The notes under the pieces are model-generated. The model saw only the letters and a list, made by a program, of their open reading frames with translations. It did not search any database and was not told the origin of the DNA. The position numbers and the translations under genes are program-made. A stretch of 64,000 nucleotides of DNA from Felis catus (Eukaryota), in the NCBI RefSeq assembly GCF_018350175.1, contig NC_058368.1, positions 162,628,001 to 162,692,000 on the forward strand, in the 5' to 3' direction. Positions 49,960 through 63,899 of this stretch are shown here, in pieces. The first letter of the stretch is position 1. Every line of letters starts with the position of its first letter.

Positions 49960-50945
49960 TCAGATCTCCATATACAATTTTCTACTGGACATTTCCATGT
50001 AGGGGCCTAATAATTCAAATGTATCATATAGAAACCCAAATATATCATCTCCCCACCAACATTGCTTCCGTTGTTTTCCCTGTTCCAGTGAATATCATCC
50101 CCCTGCATACACATGTCAGAAACCTGGACCTACACTTGCCTTATTTATAGCTCTTCCCCAAGTATTTGCTAACTCTTAAGGACTTTATTTAGCATATATT
50201 TTTCTAAAATTTTTCATTTTTTTCCCATTATTCCTATTAATTGCTGAGTCTGGATCCGCATCACTGCAATTCTGGCTTATTGCAACAGTCTTGTAACCGA
50301 TCTCCTAGTCTCCACTTTTGCTCATCTATAATTCACTGCTGCATTTAGACTTACCTAAAGCAAAATACTCTGAGGTCCATCCTCAAGCCCTCTTTGACTC
50401 TACCAAAAGCCTTTGCCACTGACCACACAATAAAATTAAAAATCTCTTGTAAGAATTCTAAGCCCTTGATGGTCTGGCTTTCTGAATAACCCTTCCATCA
50501 TCTCTACCACCACAGTCCTCCCTTGGCTTCTACAACTCCACCCATCCTCCCATTTGTTCTTAAAAAACACGATTGGGTTTTATTTTGCTTTTTGCTCTAA
50601 GCCTGTGCATATATCCTTTACTTTACAAAAAAAAAACTGTCTTCCTTCTTTATTATTTCCTTAGTTGGCTCTTATTCTTCTTTCTAAGTTAGCTTAGCCA
50701 TGTCTTTCTCATTACTTTTTCTGAGAAGTCTCCTTTGGCTGGGTCAGAAACTCCAGTTTTATTTGTGACAGTTCCCTAATGGTACAGTCAATGCCTGTGA
50801 ATCACCTTCCCACCCCCTGTCCTCCATATGAGAGCTCTGCATGGGACAAGAATCTGTTTGCCTTGACTTTATCAACTCTGTTCCCTGGAAGGGCACATAG
50901 TAGATTTCTAATAAATATTGTATTAAGCATTTCATGTTCATATAC
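49960..50945 (+). mobile_element. L2 3' region
   Basis: 'ctactggacatttcc...tattgcaacagtcttgtaacc...gggcacatagtagatttctaataaatatt'. Confidence 0.8.
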
Positions 50946-52079
50946 TGGCATTACTTTCTCAGTAGCTCTGTAACTATCCTGTAGTTGTACACAAACTAAT
51001 AAGTGATTCTAGACCTCAGAATATGGAATGAATTCCTTCTCCCAAGCAGCTCAATGGATACTTATGTTAACAGATTGAAAATGGAGTCTTGAAACATCTA
51101 GAGCAGCCCTAGTCACAGAGCGGGGAAGAGAGGGGAAACTTCAAGCAAAACTCAGTAAGATTTTATAGTTTATTCTCTCACAGATGGCCTCTAAAGGTAT
51201 ACTTCTGTTTCCTATTTATAGATCCTTCTATTTGCAAAGCTATAATGTGCCTTTATGGTGATCCTTCAAGGAAAAGCCCTATAAAGATTCACAACTTTAG
51301 TTTTTAAAAGGACACACTGGTGTTTCTCAAATGAAGATAGCCTATGGATTAAAACAATATTTAAAAATAAACAAAATCAATTGGATTACGTGTTACCAGT
51401 ACATCTGCCAGTATCCACCAAAAATACCTGGTTCCAGTTCATTTTGGTAAGGGACATTAGGAATACCACAGTTAAATGTCTTTAGATAGCCTCCTTGTGA
51501 TTAAAATTTTCATCAGAATCCCAGACAATCTTGGTAATCCATCTACATCCACTCTTCTTTGGCTACTCCTGGTGTCCTCTTGAGATAGAGATGGATGGAT
51601 GGACAGGTAAGTAGACAGACAGATACACAGATAGCAAAAAGTGTAAAAACTAAAGGCAGAAAAGCTGATAAAAAGAAGATACTTGTAATGATGCAGATGA
51701 CCTGAGAAAATACTTTTGAAGTACTTCAAAATGTCACTGGACACACATCACTTGTTAATAATGAGATGAGGTGCAATGACTCATACTTTTTTCCTTTCCA
51801 GACCAATTCTAGTACTGTCTATGCTACACGAAGAACTACCCAGAGTATACAGTGCACTGATGTAATGGTTTCCAAAACCATATTTATAATTGATGAGGAG
51901 ATTATAAGCACAGATTTCTGGACTTCACAACTATGATTTAAATACTGTTATTAATTATGGTGAAATATTATTTATTATACAACAAAACAACAAGGAAGAG
52001 ACAAATGGAAATAGACATTCCCATTGGTGTCATTTTTTAAGACACTTAAGACCTTGGACATTAAGACAAAAATGTCTTG

Positions 52080-52283
52080 AGGTATCTGAGAGGCTCAGTC
52101 AGTTAAGCATCCAACTTTGGCTCTCTCATGGGTCATGATTTCAAGCTCCCCCCACCCCATCAGGCTCACTGATGCTGATGCCTGCTACAAATCCTCTGTC
52201 CCCCTCTCTCTTGGACCTTCCTCCACTGCCGCCCCCAAAATAAATACATAAACTTTAAAAACATATAAAAATAAATTTTTAAA
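52080..52283 (+). mobile_element. Diverged SINEC
   Basis: 'ggctcagtcagttaagcatccaact'; approximate TSD aagaca....tgtctt. Confidence 0.85.
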
Positions 52284-52589
52284 AAGACAGATATGTCTTA
52301 AGACATTTTTAAGACATTTTAAGACATTTTTAAGACCTTGAAGAAAAAGATTCTGGGCAGCAAGAATTGTCTTAAAAAGACAGTCTCCTGTATGGCTTTG
52401 TCTTTTACCTTACCATCAGCAACTTAACTAAAGCAACACAATAAAAATGCTAGCAGTATGTTGGGTTCCCTGCCTATCTGCAACCATGAGGATTCATAGC
52501 TTTGTGTAATCTCACACTCAGTATTCCCAATGTCAAGTTACAGTCTTTTAGTGAGTGATTCTATATACTTAGAAATTCACAGGTAATAC

Positions 52590-52750
52590 CACATTTAATC
52601 TTCATAACCTGAAAGATGTCCCCATTTTACAGATAAGCAAACAGAGACTGATATTAAAGGTTCTACCCATAAAAACACAGAGTACATGATAGGGCACAGA
52701 TTCAAGCTTAGTTCTCTCAGATTCCCAAGTCCAGTTTCCTTCTACAGGAC
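52590..52750 (-). mobile_element. MIR
   Basis: 'cccattttacagataagcaaacagag'. Confidence 0.75.
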
Positions 52751-53244
52751 AGTCTTAGCTTCAGAAGCTTCTGGAAACCAGAATGGGACAAAACGGAATT
52801 GAAGCAAGGAGTGAAACATTAGAGCTAGCAAAGTCAAAGACCCTCTATCTGGGAAGTACCCAGTAACAAAGTGTTTCAGAAAGACATTTTCATTAATGGC
52901 CATCTATTTTTAGAAAGTACGTAATTATTTTCATTGCAGACATTTCTACTATAATCTGCCCTATTTGTGGATGTTGTGATTATTCTGGTCACAAATTACC
53001 ACTTGAGGATGTCACAGTGGCCTATGTATAAACATACACAGGGTGGCAGTTGCCCTTAGGACAACTTCTAAAAGCTTCAAATGATCAAAGATTTACATAA
53101 TTATTGTCTATTTTGGTTGTTTCATTGGTAATGAGGTTCAAACATTTCCTTCTGAAATTGCAGCTGACATACTTTTATTTTTAATTCCAAGTTTTAATAA
53201 TTTTTTGTACAGAAAGATTATGCTGAGAAATTCTTTTTTTTTGG

Positions 53245-53550
53245 ATCATTTTTTATTGAAATAGAATTTTAATGCAATAAAATGCGTAGATCTTAAATAC
53301 TCAGGATAATGAATTTTGACAGCTGTATTGTACCTGTGTAACCACCACATAAAATATAAATTATCATCATCACCCTTGAAAGTTTCCTCACACACCGCCC
53401 CGTGAGGCACCCCATGGCCCTGCTCCCACCCTCCATCCCCTCCAAATAAAACACTTTCTTACATCTATCACCACAGGCTAGTTAGAATAAGATTGATTTA
53501 TTTTGCTCAGCATAATGTTTGTGAGATTTGCCCAAGTTGCTGCATTTACA
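53245..53550 (-). mobile_element. Old L1 3'-end fragment
   Basis: 'tttattgaaata...tgaattttgaca...cctgtgtaaccacca...caccct.gaaagtttcc'. Confidence 0.7.
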
Positions 53551-56454
53551 GTTACACTTTAATCTCTGACTTTTTGGATTTATTGGGGAGAAATTGAACT
53601 TCACACTGTTACTCAGAGAACAATAAATATTTCTTTAGCAAGATCATAAATTATTATTTCTGAACGAACCAGAAACATCTATATTTGACTAACTGGATAC
53701 TTCTAAGAACAGTGACAGCGCTGGGAGAAACAGCATCAATACAGGAATAAAAGGCCAGTTATTGGCACCAACAATGCTGAATTTGACCTAAAGTGCGGAA
53801 AATATCCAGACTTCACTAAATCCTTTAGTATAGGATATTCAGCTAGGTTACTTGATTTTCTGCTCTATATTGTAGTAAAACCAGTGGCACCCAAATACAA
53901 AATTCAGTATTAGTTTGCCATTGGAAAACACAGTGATCTTCAGAATTTCATTTTACCCATACAGTCACAATTTAAGTACTGATTTCTGTGACCTGCAGGA
54001 AGACGTATTTCTTCTCTCCCTGGCTGCATTCATCTACCCACAATTCCTACTATAACATATATATTTTTAAATACAAAGTGTTAAGAAGCACAGAAAACTC
54101 TATTTCACTTAAGTCAACCAAGGACGCTTTAAGACCTTGACTACCGTGGTAGCATTGGCATAAGTAGCTGAAAATGCATTCGTGTGATGATGTAAAATAT
54201 GTCAAGAGTTACAGAGATGATCATCCCCTTGATAAATGTTGTCCTTAAGATATAAAACTATCAAGAGGAAGTTGATATAAAGTCCAGGGGCTACAGCAAG
54301 GTATGCGTACACTATTTCTCATTTTTTAAGGAGGTAGCAAAATATATTTTAAAGCAAGCACCCTGAACTCAGAGTTCAGCTCAGGTTTGAATCCTTTATG
54401 GAGAACCACAGTAGAATCATACAATGTCTGACTGAAAAGGACTTTAGTATTCTAAATGCCTCATTATATTGATTAATACATCAAATCCTTTAGGTCCTGC
54501 TGCTGGTCAATGGCAGAGCCTACAGTGGATGTCTCTTGATCCCCGAACCTCTGTTCTTGCCATGACAATATATTGCATTCCTCCGAAAATTCTCCTATAA
54601 TACTCATACCCACAACGCTTATTTTGAGCCTTAGTATTCTTTTTTAAAACTTAGTAAGTAACTGTTTCCTGGGCTCTTTGGGTTAGAGAATTGTAGGTAA
54701 AACCCCTTCCGGAGAAAAACAAGACAGGATTTTTTTTTGAGCCCCAAATAATAAAACTGGAATCTCCAGCTGCTTACCATGCTTCCCAGCCCCCAGCCAG
54801 TGTTATTTCTGATAACTTTAGGATGCAGAGAATTAAAAAAAGGGAGGGGGAGGGGACTGGTTAGTTCAAAGCACCATCACTAGAGATATAAAATGTTCAG
54901 CTCTCTTCTGTTGCTCCATTACCTTTGATGACAGAGATGGATTGGAGTCAGTGCATTGAGCCAACACCAATCCTACATGTGTACCAACCAAGGTGCATTT
55001 ATCAGACCAAGTCATCTGTCTTTACTACCCTACTGGTGCCAAAGCTATTACCATACTGCTGATTTAATAGTGTAAACACAGCTCCCTATGGGTGTGTGCC
55101 AAGGCCCCCGTGATTCCAGATGAGTCTAGACTATGTGTACAAAGACCTCTGTCCCGACTAGGGATTAAATATCTTACTGATTTTTTTTCCCCATCTTCAC
55201 AAAGACTCATGCTTATTAATAGGCTCTTCTGCCTCTGTGCATTATCAAGACCCTGACTTTTAAGGAGAATCCCTAGATTGTAAGGAGCTCTGAGTTCACA
55301 TCTCCTTGGTACAATACACTTCTCAGACTAATGGTAATGGATTATATCAACTACGAACTCAAAGAACAAATCAACTACTATACTGTATTCAAGCAACACA
55401 ACAAAGTCACCTACACTGTCAGTGAAAGTTTAACTTTAATAAATTACTACATGTTAATCTGTGGATCCTATGATTCACCAAAACTATAGCATATAAATCT
55501 CACAAATATCAATAGCTTTTCAAACCTCTCTAGGGCAAAATGCTCATTCAATCTGCTCTAAATAAAGCAGATATTTATTGAGCGTCTATGCTAGTGCTAG
55601 AACTAGAGTCAGGAATTCCCATAGGAAGTCACAAGCAAGGGAGGCACACCAAACCTGTTGAAACAATCTAAGGATACAGATCTGTCCCATTAGACATAAC
55701 TAATTTCAGAAAATGATTTTCAAAAAACAAATAATCACACCAAATTAAAAGCAGTGAGGATAAAATCTTACAATATTGTGAGAGAAAGACATTAATATTA
55801 ACAATAACAGCACAAAACAATATAGAAAATGAATTCTTTCCAGGAATTCAATACAAACAAAATTAAATTTTTTAAGTCACTATGAGAAATTAAATTTTGT
55901 TAGATAGTATTTTCTAAAATAGATTGAACCAGCCATTATAAATTCCATTTTAAGAAATAAGAGAGCCATGTTTCTTTAAAGCTTATTTTATATTAAGCCT
56001 TTATTGTTGTGCTGCTCTTTTGCACTCAAATAATTTTTACTATTTGTCTAAACAAAAATAGTGCCTTCCCATGGATCCATCTGACATGACAGCACAATCT
56101 TTTCTACTATAACAATCAATCTGAAGCTTGATTTTACCACTTAAGTGGAAATTGGTTTCCTAATGGAAAAATGCATCAAAATTTTGTCAGTATAATTTCA
56201 TTCAATACAAAGTCATTTAACAATGCAAGATTTAACACCAACTCTTCATTTTGTAGAATTCCCCAGAAAATTGCTTCTCAGGATACCAAACATTGTTTCT
56301 CTTTTTTATTTATCTGGTTGGTTAATTTTTATTTTTATTTTAACTATTATCTTGTTAGTCCATTTTAGAAACCTGGGCTTGGATATTTAATATAAGTGCT
56401 AGCAAAGATGAGCCCTGGTAATAAAAAATAAATGTCCCATTTTTTAGTATTTCC

Positions 56455-56853
56455 AATTTTTTAAATTTTTTATTTAATTTCCACTTAGTTAACAGGGATT
56501 ATTAGTTTTGGGTGCACAATATAGTGACTCAACACTTTATACAACACTACTGGTCATCACAGCAAATGCACTCTTTAATCCACATCTCCTATTTAACCAG
56601 CCTCCCCTGCCCACCTCCCTCTGGCACCCATCAGTTTATTCTCTATAGTTAAGAGTCTGTTTCTTGGTCTGCATATCTCTCTCTCTTTTTTCCGTTTGCT
56701 TATTTGTTTTGTTTCTTAAATTCCACATGAGTGAAATCATATGGTGTTTAATGTCTTTCTCTGATTGACTTATTTGCTTAGCATACTTTCTAGCTCCATC
56801 TATGTTGTTGCAAATGGCAATATTTCACTCTTTTTATGGCTGAATAATATTCC

Positions 56854-56893
<40 letters not shown>

Positions 56894-57493
56894 TACATAC
56901 CACATCTTTATCCATTCACCAGTCGGTGAATACCTGGGCTGTTACCATAATTTGGTTATTATAAATAATGCTGCTATAAGCATTGGGGAGCATGTATCAC
57001 TTTGAATTAGTATTTTTGTATTCTTTGGGTAAATACCTAGTAATGCCATTGCTGCATCATAGGTAGTTCTATTTTTACCTTCTGAGGAAACTCCATACTG
57101 TTTCCCACAGTGACTGCACCAGTTTGCATTCCCACCAACAGTGCAAAAGGGTCTGCCTTTCTCCATACCCTTGTTAACATCTTTTGTTTGTGCTGTTGAT
57201 TTCAGCCATTCTGACAGTTGTGAAGTGACAAATTATTGTGGTTTTGATTTTTATTTCCTTGATAAAGAGTGGTACTAAGCATCTTTCCACGGGTCTGTTG
57301 GTCATCTGGATGTCTTCTTGGGAAAATGTCTACTAAGGTCTGCCATTATTAAGTGGAGTATTTGTTTTTTGGGTGTTGACTTTGATAAGTTCTTTATAAA
57401 TTTTGGATACTAACCCTTTATCCAACATGTCACTTGCAAATATCTTCTCCTGTCCCATAGGTTGCCATTTAGTTTTGTTGGCTGTTTTCTTTT
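56455..57493 (-). mobile_element. Carnivore L1, non-inverted 3' segment of a 5'-inverted insertion
   Basis: 3' UTR with T tail near 56455-56480; ORF2 C-terminus in ORF 56942..57166; (CA)n at 56855-56891. Confidence 0.93.
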
Positions 57494-58517
57494 TAACATA
57501 GTACTGGACGCCTTAGCCACAGCAGTAGACAACAAAAAGAAATAAAAGGCATCCAAATCAACAAGGAAGAAGTAACACTATTACTAATATAGATGACATA
57601 ATACTCTATATAGAAAACCCAAAAGACGCCACCAAAAAAGAACTGCTAGAACTGATACACAAATTCAGTAAAGTCGCATGATACAAAATCAATGTACAGA
57701 AATCTTTTGCATTTCTATACAACAATGACAAAGCAGAAAGAGAAATTAAGGAGTCAATCTCATTTACAATTGTACCAAAAACAATACGATACCTAGGAAT
57801 AAACCTAACCAAAGAGATTAAAGACCTATACTCTAAAAACTATAAAACACTGATGAAAGAAAAGGAAGATGATACAAAGAAATGTAAAAATATTTCATGC
57901 TTACGGATTGGAAGAACAAATACTGTTAACATGTCTACATTACCCAAAGCAATCTACCCATTAATGCAATCCCTATAAATACATCAACAACATTTTTCAC
58001 AGTACTAGAACAAACAATCCTAAAATGTGTATGGAACCACAAAAGATCCTGAATAGCCAAAGCAATCTTGAAAAGCAACACTGGAGGCATCACAGTTCTG
58101 GACTTCAAGGTATATTACAAAGCTGTAATGATCAAAACAGTATGGTAGTGACAGAAAAATAGACACATGGATCAAAAGACAAGAATGGGAACTCCAGAAA
58201 TGAACACATAACTATATGGTCAATTCATTTTGACAAATCAGGAAAGAATATCCAATGGAAAAAAGTAGTCTCTTCAACAAACGGTGCTGGGAGAACTGGA
58301 CAGCAACATGCAGAAGAATGAAACTGGGCCACCTTCTCACACCAAACAAAAATAAATTCAAATAAATTAACGACCTAAATGTGAGACATGAAACCATAGA
58401 AATCCTAGAGGAGAACACAGGCAATAACCTCTTTGACATCAGCCATGATAACTTCCTTCTAGATAGGCCTCCTGAGGCAAGAAAAACAAAATCAAACTAT
58501 TATCACTTTATCAAAAA
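57494..58517 (+). mobile_element. L1 ORF2 segment in opposite orientation (inverted 5' segment)
   Basis: Runs from aacatagtactgga (NIVL) through the DD motif to aactattatcactttatcaaaa (NY.DFIK). Confidence 0.93.
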
Positions 58518-58819
58518 AGTATTTCTGTTTTAAAAATAACAGTTTATACTTCTAACACAAAAGAGCATGTTACCTCTAGCAAAGCCAAAGATGTGGCAAA
58601 TAAGCACCAAGATCATTAGTAATTGCAAATAATTTCTAGGGGAAACACCTTAGCATCTTTTTATTTCCTTTGAAATTTTTGCTTTTTCTACATTTTCATA
58701 TTTTTAGGTACTTGACAGCTTACACATAAAATCAAAAACACCCCAACCTCATATTTTGCATTTTCCTAATTGCATATCATTATGCATACATATACCCTCT
58801 ATCTAAAATGTCTTTAACA

Positions 58820-59033
58820 GGGGCGCCTGGGTGGTGCAGTCGGTTAAGCGTCTGACTTCAGCCAGGTCACGATCTCGCGGTCCGGGAGTTCGAGCCCCGT
58901 GTCAGGCTCTGGGCTGATGGCTCAGAGCCTGGAGCCTGTTTCCGATTCTGTGTCTCCCTCTCTCTCTCTGCCCCTCCCCCGTTCATGCTCTGTCTCTCTC
59001 TGTCCCAAAAATAAATAAACGTTGAAAAAAAAT
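58820..59033 (+). mobile_element. Young felid SINEC (SINEC_Fc-type)
   Basis: CpG-rich; perfect 16-bp TSD taaaatgtctttaaca at 58804-58819 and 59034-59049. Confidence 0.97.
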
Positions 59034-59204
59034 TAAAATGTCTTTAACAAATACAAAGGATCCCATTAATCAGCTAAAAATTCAATCTCATTGGGTATCA
59101 AGAGAAATTGTTGCAGTAAAAATACTCTATTTTACAATCAAAAAGGCCCAAGGTAACTGATATTTAGTGACCTAGAATTATTCCTCAGAAATTTTAAATT
59201 CTTT

Positions 59205-59415
59205 CTCCTTTTTTATAGTGCTTATTTATTTTTGAGCGAGAGAGAGAAAGCATGTGCGTGCAAGTGGGAGAGGGGCAGAGAGGGAATCTGACAGTGGATC
59301 TGAAGCGGGCTTTGCACTGTCAGTGAGCCCAATGTGGGGCTTGAGCTCACAAACTGTGAGATCATGACCTGAGCCAAAGTCGGACACTCAACTGACAGAG
59401 CCACCCAGGCACCCC
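59205..59415 (-). mobile_element. SINEC
   Basis: Reverse-complement SINEC; ttaaattctt on both sides. Confidence 0.94.
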
Positions 59416-60049
59416 AGGGATCTTAAATTCTTAATGAAGTTTTACAAACCTCAGTCAATTCTTTATTAACTTAAGGACAAACCAACTCTGCCTTATAGGG
59501 AACTTCCATGAGCCACGAGAGATAGCTCATTCTAATATTCTAACAGGGCATTTCAATGTTTTCATACTAGGCCTTCTTATCTCAATATTGTTTTTCAAAT
59601 GCAGAGATAAAAACTGTTTATAACAGAAAAAAAAATTGTCTTCTTATTTATTTTGATGTTAATAGAGGAAAAATGGTTCCTCTCTTAAAGAATGATGACT
59701 TTAGGTAGCATTACATGTAGGCACATTTGGGGAAGTTTATCAACCTGTTCTTCAAGGGGAAAGAGGAAGCCTTGATTTGTATCATGTGGTGATTCCTATG
59801 AATTCCCACCATGACCAAATGGCTCACTAGAATCCTTACTCTGAATGAGAAGTTAGAAGAAAATAAGCACTATCACACTGTTACATGATATATCTAAGAA
59901 CACAGATAGAAAAATGTAGTAAAATGATTAAGTGATAAAGTTTGAGTACTTAAGTATCTTGATATAATTTATGTTTGTTTATGTCCTTTAACTTTTAATA
60001 ATAGCCCTGTTCCAAAAAATTCCTAAAATTTTAACAGTTGGCTTCAATG

Positions 60050-60870
60050 TGCCAGTCAGTGCCAGCTCCAGCACACCGTGGTTTGTGAAGAGTGAAGATG
60101 TTCAATTCCCAGGACAGAGGCTCTGTCCAAGCACACTTATGTAATCCAGACAAACATATGAACAGTTAAAGATTGGGAAACCAGAAATTTAAGGAAATAA
60201 TGACTAAATCTACATTTCCCAAAGTATCTATAGCAGACCAATAGTCTAATGAGACATTCCATTAAATAAAGTTTCCATAACTGCATATCAGCTCTAGTTT
60301 CTCTTGCTGGAAGGTTACACATTCAGTGGCAGGAATACTGAGACTGGCCTTGGTATAAGTCAGATCCCATAGTGTTGGGTCCATAAATGGTCTCCACTTC
60401 TGCAACAATAGCCACTATCATCAAATGCCTAAGACACTAGAAGGGTGGTGGCCCATGACAAAGGCTGATTGGTGTGAACCAGCTGAGTTATTTAGTTTAC
60501 TTACTTCTAATATCTCCACTCTGATGGGCATTATCATAAGATACAAAGACCTGTACAGTTCATGCTTGCTTACTTACATCCATGAATATGCATTTACCCC
60601 AGATATCCTTATTCTTGATATTTAAACTTTTTTCCTAAACTAACTGAGGCAGGCATTTGCCACTGGTCAGTGGTCCATACATTTTGTTACTGGAAGATAC
60701 TCTCTATACAAAGAGGATGGCCAAGATCAGCCCCAGAGCTCTGCCTATTTTGAGGATTTTGTATCTTTATTTCTATTCTCTACCAAAGGCACTACTAAGT
60801 AGTGTTTTAACACAGCTTTCTTCCATTTTTAGTTTTTATTCACACATTCAGCCAACCCATTCATAACCAA
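60050..60870 (-). mobile_element. ERVL/MaLR internal (pol-derived) remnant
   Basis: 'tgttgggtccataaatggtctccacttctgcaacaatagccact' resembles the ERVL integrase zinc-finger region on the minus strand; recalled similarity. Confidence 0.5.
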
Positions 60871-61049
60871 GGCTTAGGCTTGATCTTCTTCCATCAGCTA
60901 GTCTTAAGAGATTTCCCAAATGGCTGTGAAGTGTGACTTGAAGGAGGATCGATATCTGAGATACTAGGGAAGCAAAGTGACCAAAAACCTAAAATTTTAG
61001 AATTAGTAACCAGACAGGAAGTGAAAATAGCAACTTTAATTACATAGCA

Positions 61050-61570
61050 GATTAGGTTCATGACATGAGGACAGTCAGGACTCAGATTAAACATGTTAAG
61101 TTTCAAAAGAGGATAAACTGGTTTATTAACTGGGACTTCCACAGGAATGAACAGACTTCAGACACGGAAACAATGTGATCAGGAATCTGTTGCTTCCTCC
61201 ATCTCTCAGATCTTTTTCTCTCTACATTATCTTCTGTTTGAGATGTATTCTTCCCTTTTGGTGACAAATACAACTACCACCATTTGCCCTCATATTGCAC
61301 TTACTATGAGAAATTCTTTAAATCAAAGTTTCCAAAAATGACTTGATTAATATGGCTCAGGTCACAGACCCATCCCTCAATCAGTTCTTGTGGATAGAGA
61401 ACGCGAGGTATTCTTACTGACAGAACTAAGAGTGTGAACTTCTGTAATCAGTTACTTCAGTTCTGAGGAGAAGTCAGCCACAATCAAAGCAGGAAAAAAG
61501 GAGTTGCCCATAAGATACAGGTGTTCTATTATTTAGACAAGAAGAAGTGTGATGAACAATAATGCAACAC
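61050..61570. mobile_element. Old MLT1 (MaLR) LTR
   Basis: 'aatgtgatcaggaatctg...ggctcaggtcacagacccatccctcaatcagt'. Confidence 0.55.
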
Positions 61571-62319
61571 CAAAATGACTATATATGTTTTTAGGAAATT
61601 TCACACCATCTCTGCCAGTTTGTATTATATTCTTTGGCTCTGCTGAGGGACTTAAGAGTCACAGAGTGTCTCACATTTTCTCTTAAGTCTCATATTTCTT
61701 GATGGAAGATAACACCCGAGAGCTACAGTTTTCCTAAAAGAATGAGCATGCCAATAAAATTTTTCACCTCCAAATAAACTGCAGTTTGACTTTGTTTTCT
61801 CCCTTACCCATTATCCACTTTTTTTCCTTCTGTACAAATGCCCTCATAACTGATATAGAAATAAGCTTAGAAAAATTACCGAATGTGGTTGTAGTCCTTG
61901 TATGAGTTATTGGCAATTTGTTTTCTCTGCTATTTTCCATACAATTTCAAATATACAGACAATACTGTCAGAAACACTTACTGTCCTTTCTCTTTCTTGG
62001 CCTAGTTGCTAAGTCACTGCTTCTGGTTCTTTATTAATATGGCATTATCACTGAAAAGTTTTCATTTTGGTCATCATTGGTAGTGTCACTGCCTTCTTCC
62101 ATGGAAGCTCACTAAAGTGGCCTAGAAGGCCTTGTTACTAAGTTAGAAAAGGTAAAGTGACTTTGACATTTCATATAATCCAATTTACCAAGATACTCAG
62201 TTTGGCAAATCCTTAATGATACAACCATCGACAAGATTGATAGAAGGCATTTATTATGGAATTTTAAACCTGTGTCTCAATATTGGATCACAATGACTAT
62301 AGTGGCTGTAATTAATATT

Positions 62320-62529
62320 TTTTTTAATTTTACTTTTTATTTTTTAAAATTTACATCCAAATTAGTTAGCATATAGTGCAACAATGATTTCAGGAGTAGA
62401 CTCCTTAGTGCCCCTTACCCATTTAGCCCATCCCCCCCTCCCACAACCCCTCCAGTAACCCTCAGTTTGTTCTCCATATTTATGAGTCTCTTCTGTTTTG
62501 TCCCCTTCCCTGTTTTTATATTATTTTTG
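62320..62529 (-). mobile_element. Short young felid L1 3' end
   Basis: 'tacatccaaattagttagcatatagtgcaacaatgatttcaggagtaga' resembles the cat L1 3' UTR; ttaatatt flanks both sides. Confidence 0.88.
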
Positions 62530-63899
62530 TTAATATTCTTTAAATTATATTGCAGGTAACAAATCTATTAGATTGTATTCTATGGAAGGTAATTATAAGA
62601 TGTGTGTATTAAAGAATATTTGTACATTAAAAGCATTATTTTTATCAATATCAATGAACTTATCACAATTTTTAAATAGGGATTAAGTGTTCTTCATTTT
62701 TAATGACCTTATTTCTGATAATTTAAGATTTTCAAGAAATTTGCAGAATAGGCAAAGTTCACATATGCCACTTATGCAGTTTCATGACCTTCTTCTGTAG
62801 GCTAAGGCTCAAACTTAGAGAGTTTGATACAGAACTCACCTGCAGACCCTGAAGCAACAGAGACCATATGGTGCCTTGGAGTTCTCAGAAACCAAGTAAT
62901 TTTACAATGAGGGGAAAGGTCAGGAGTGAAGGGACTACCTGGAGATGATTAATGGAATGGGATGTTCTCAATATATGGCAAACCAAAAAAGATATAAACC
63001 TACAAGCATCATCAGAACAAAATTAGATAGACAAGAGGTTGAAGGTAGATAGCGCAATAAATTATCTTGTTTAGTTTTCATACCAGTCTGTTTTCAGACT
63101 TGGACCTAATGACCCAAGGGGAGGCCAATTCCTCAGGAAGAAGCAACAAAACCATGGTAAAAAAAAACACTAGCATCACTTCCTCAAAGAACTATACACT
63201 CAGGGAAGACACATACCCAAACATTTTGAGGATAGTTAGATGCAGGATTCAAACTGATATTTATGGATGGATGCACACAGTGCTCAGATCTGAACTCGGC
63301 AATCTTGTTCCAGAGGTCTCTGCTTTTAAACATTGCCCTGTATGACTTTTTGCCAAATGAGGAAAGAAATTTCCAAGTCTTCTTCCTGCCTAGTTTCTCC
63401 CTCTTGTATTCTTGCATTCTCAAGTAATGACTTTTTCTTTTAGCATCTTTTTAGAAATTCTATTGGATCCTGGATTAAAGGGCAATGTGTAGAATAGGGA
63501 ATTAGCAGTTATGAGCAGTTATTTTGGTTCAAGTAATGTGTGAGTGTTTTAAATACATTATTTGACTTCATATCAACTTACTGAAGTGTAGACTGTTTGC
63601 TCCACTGCATGAAAAAAAATGCATATAATCATGGGAAAGAGATGACACTCTACAGACAGTCTACCTGGACTGAAATCTTAGCACTGTACCTTCTTGTCTT
63701 TATGGAAATAATGGTCCCAAAGATCAGGCACATTGGAATTTATTTACATTTTCTAAGTCATTTTCTTTTTTTCAATATGTAATTCATTCTAAACGCTTCA
63801 TTTAGAATAAAAGTAGACTGAAAATTGGTCTTTCACTGCTCCACCCAGACCTGTGACAATCAATAGCAAAGGTAGCTGTTGTCCTTATTAGTTCAAAGT

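Noticed and set aside
49707..50150. 147-aa ORF
   Set aside because: Overlaps a decayed L2 and has no recognisable domain; consistent with a chance ORF.
54363..54379. ctgaactc-a-gagttcag inverted repeat as a nuclear-receptor element
   Set aside because: An 8-bp-arm inverted repeat is expected by chance in 64 kb, and there is no supporting context.
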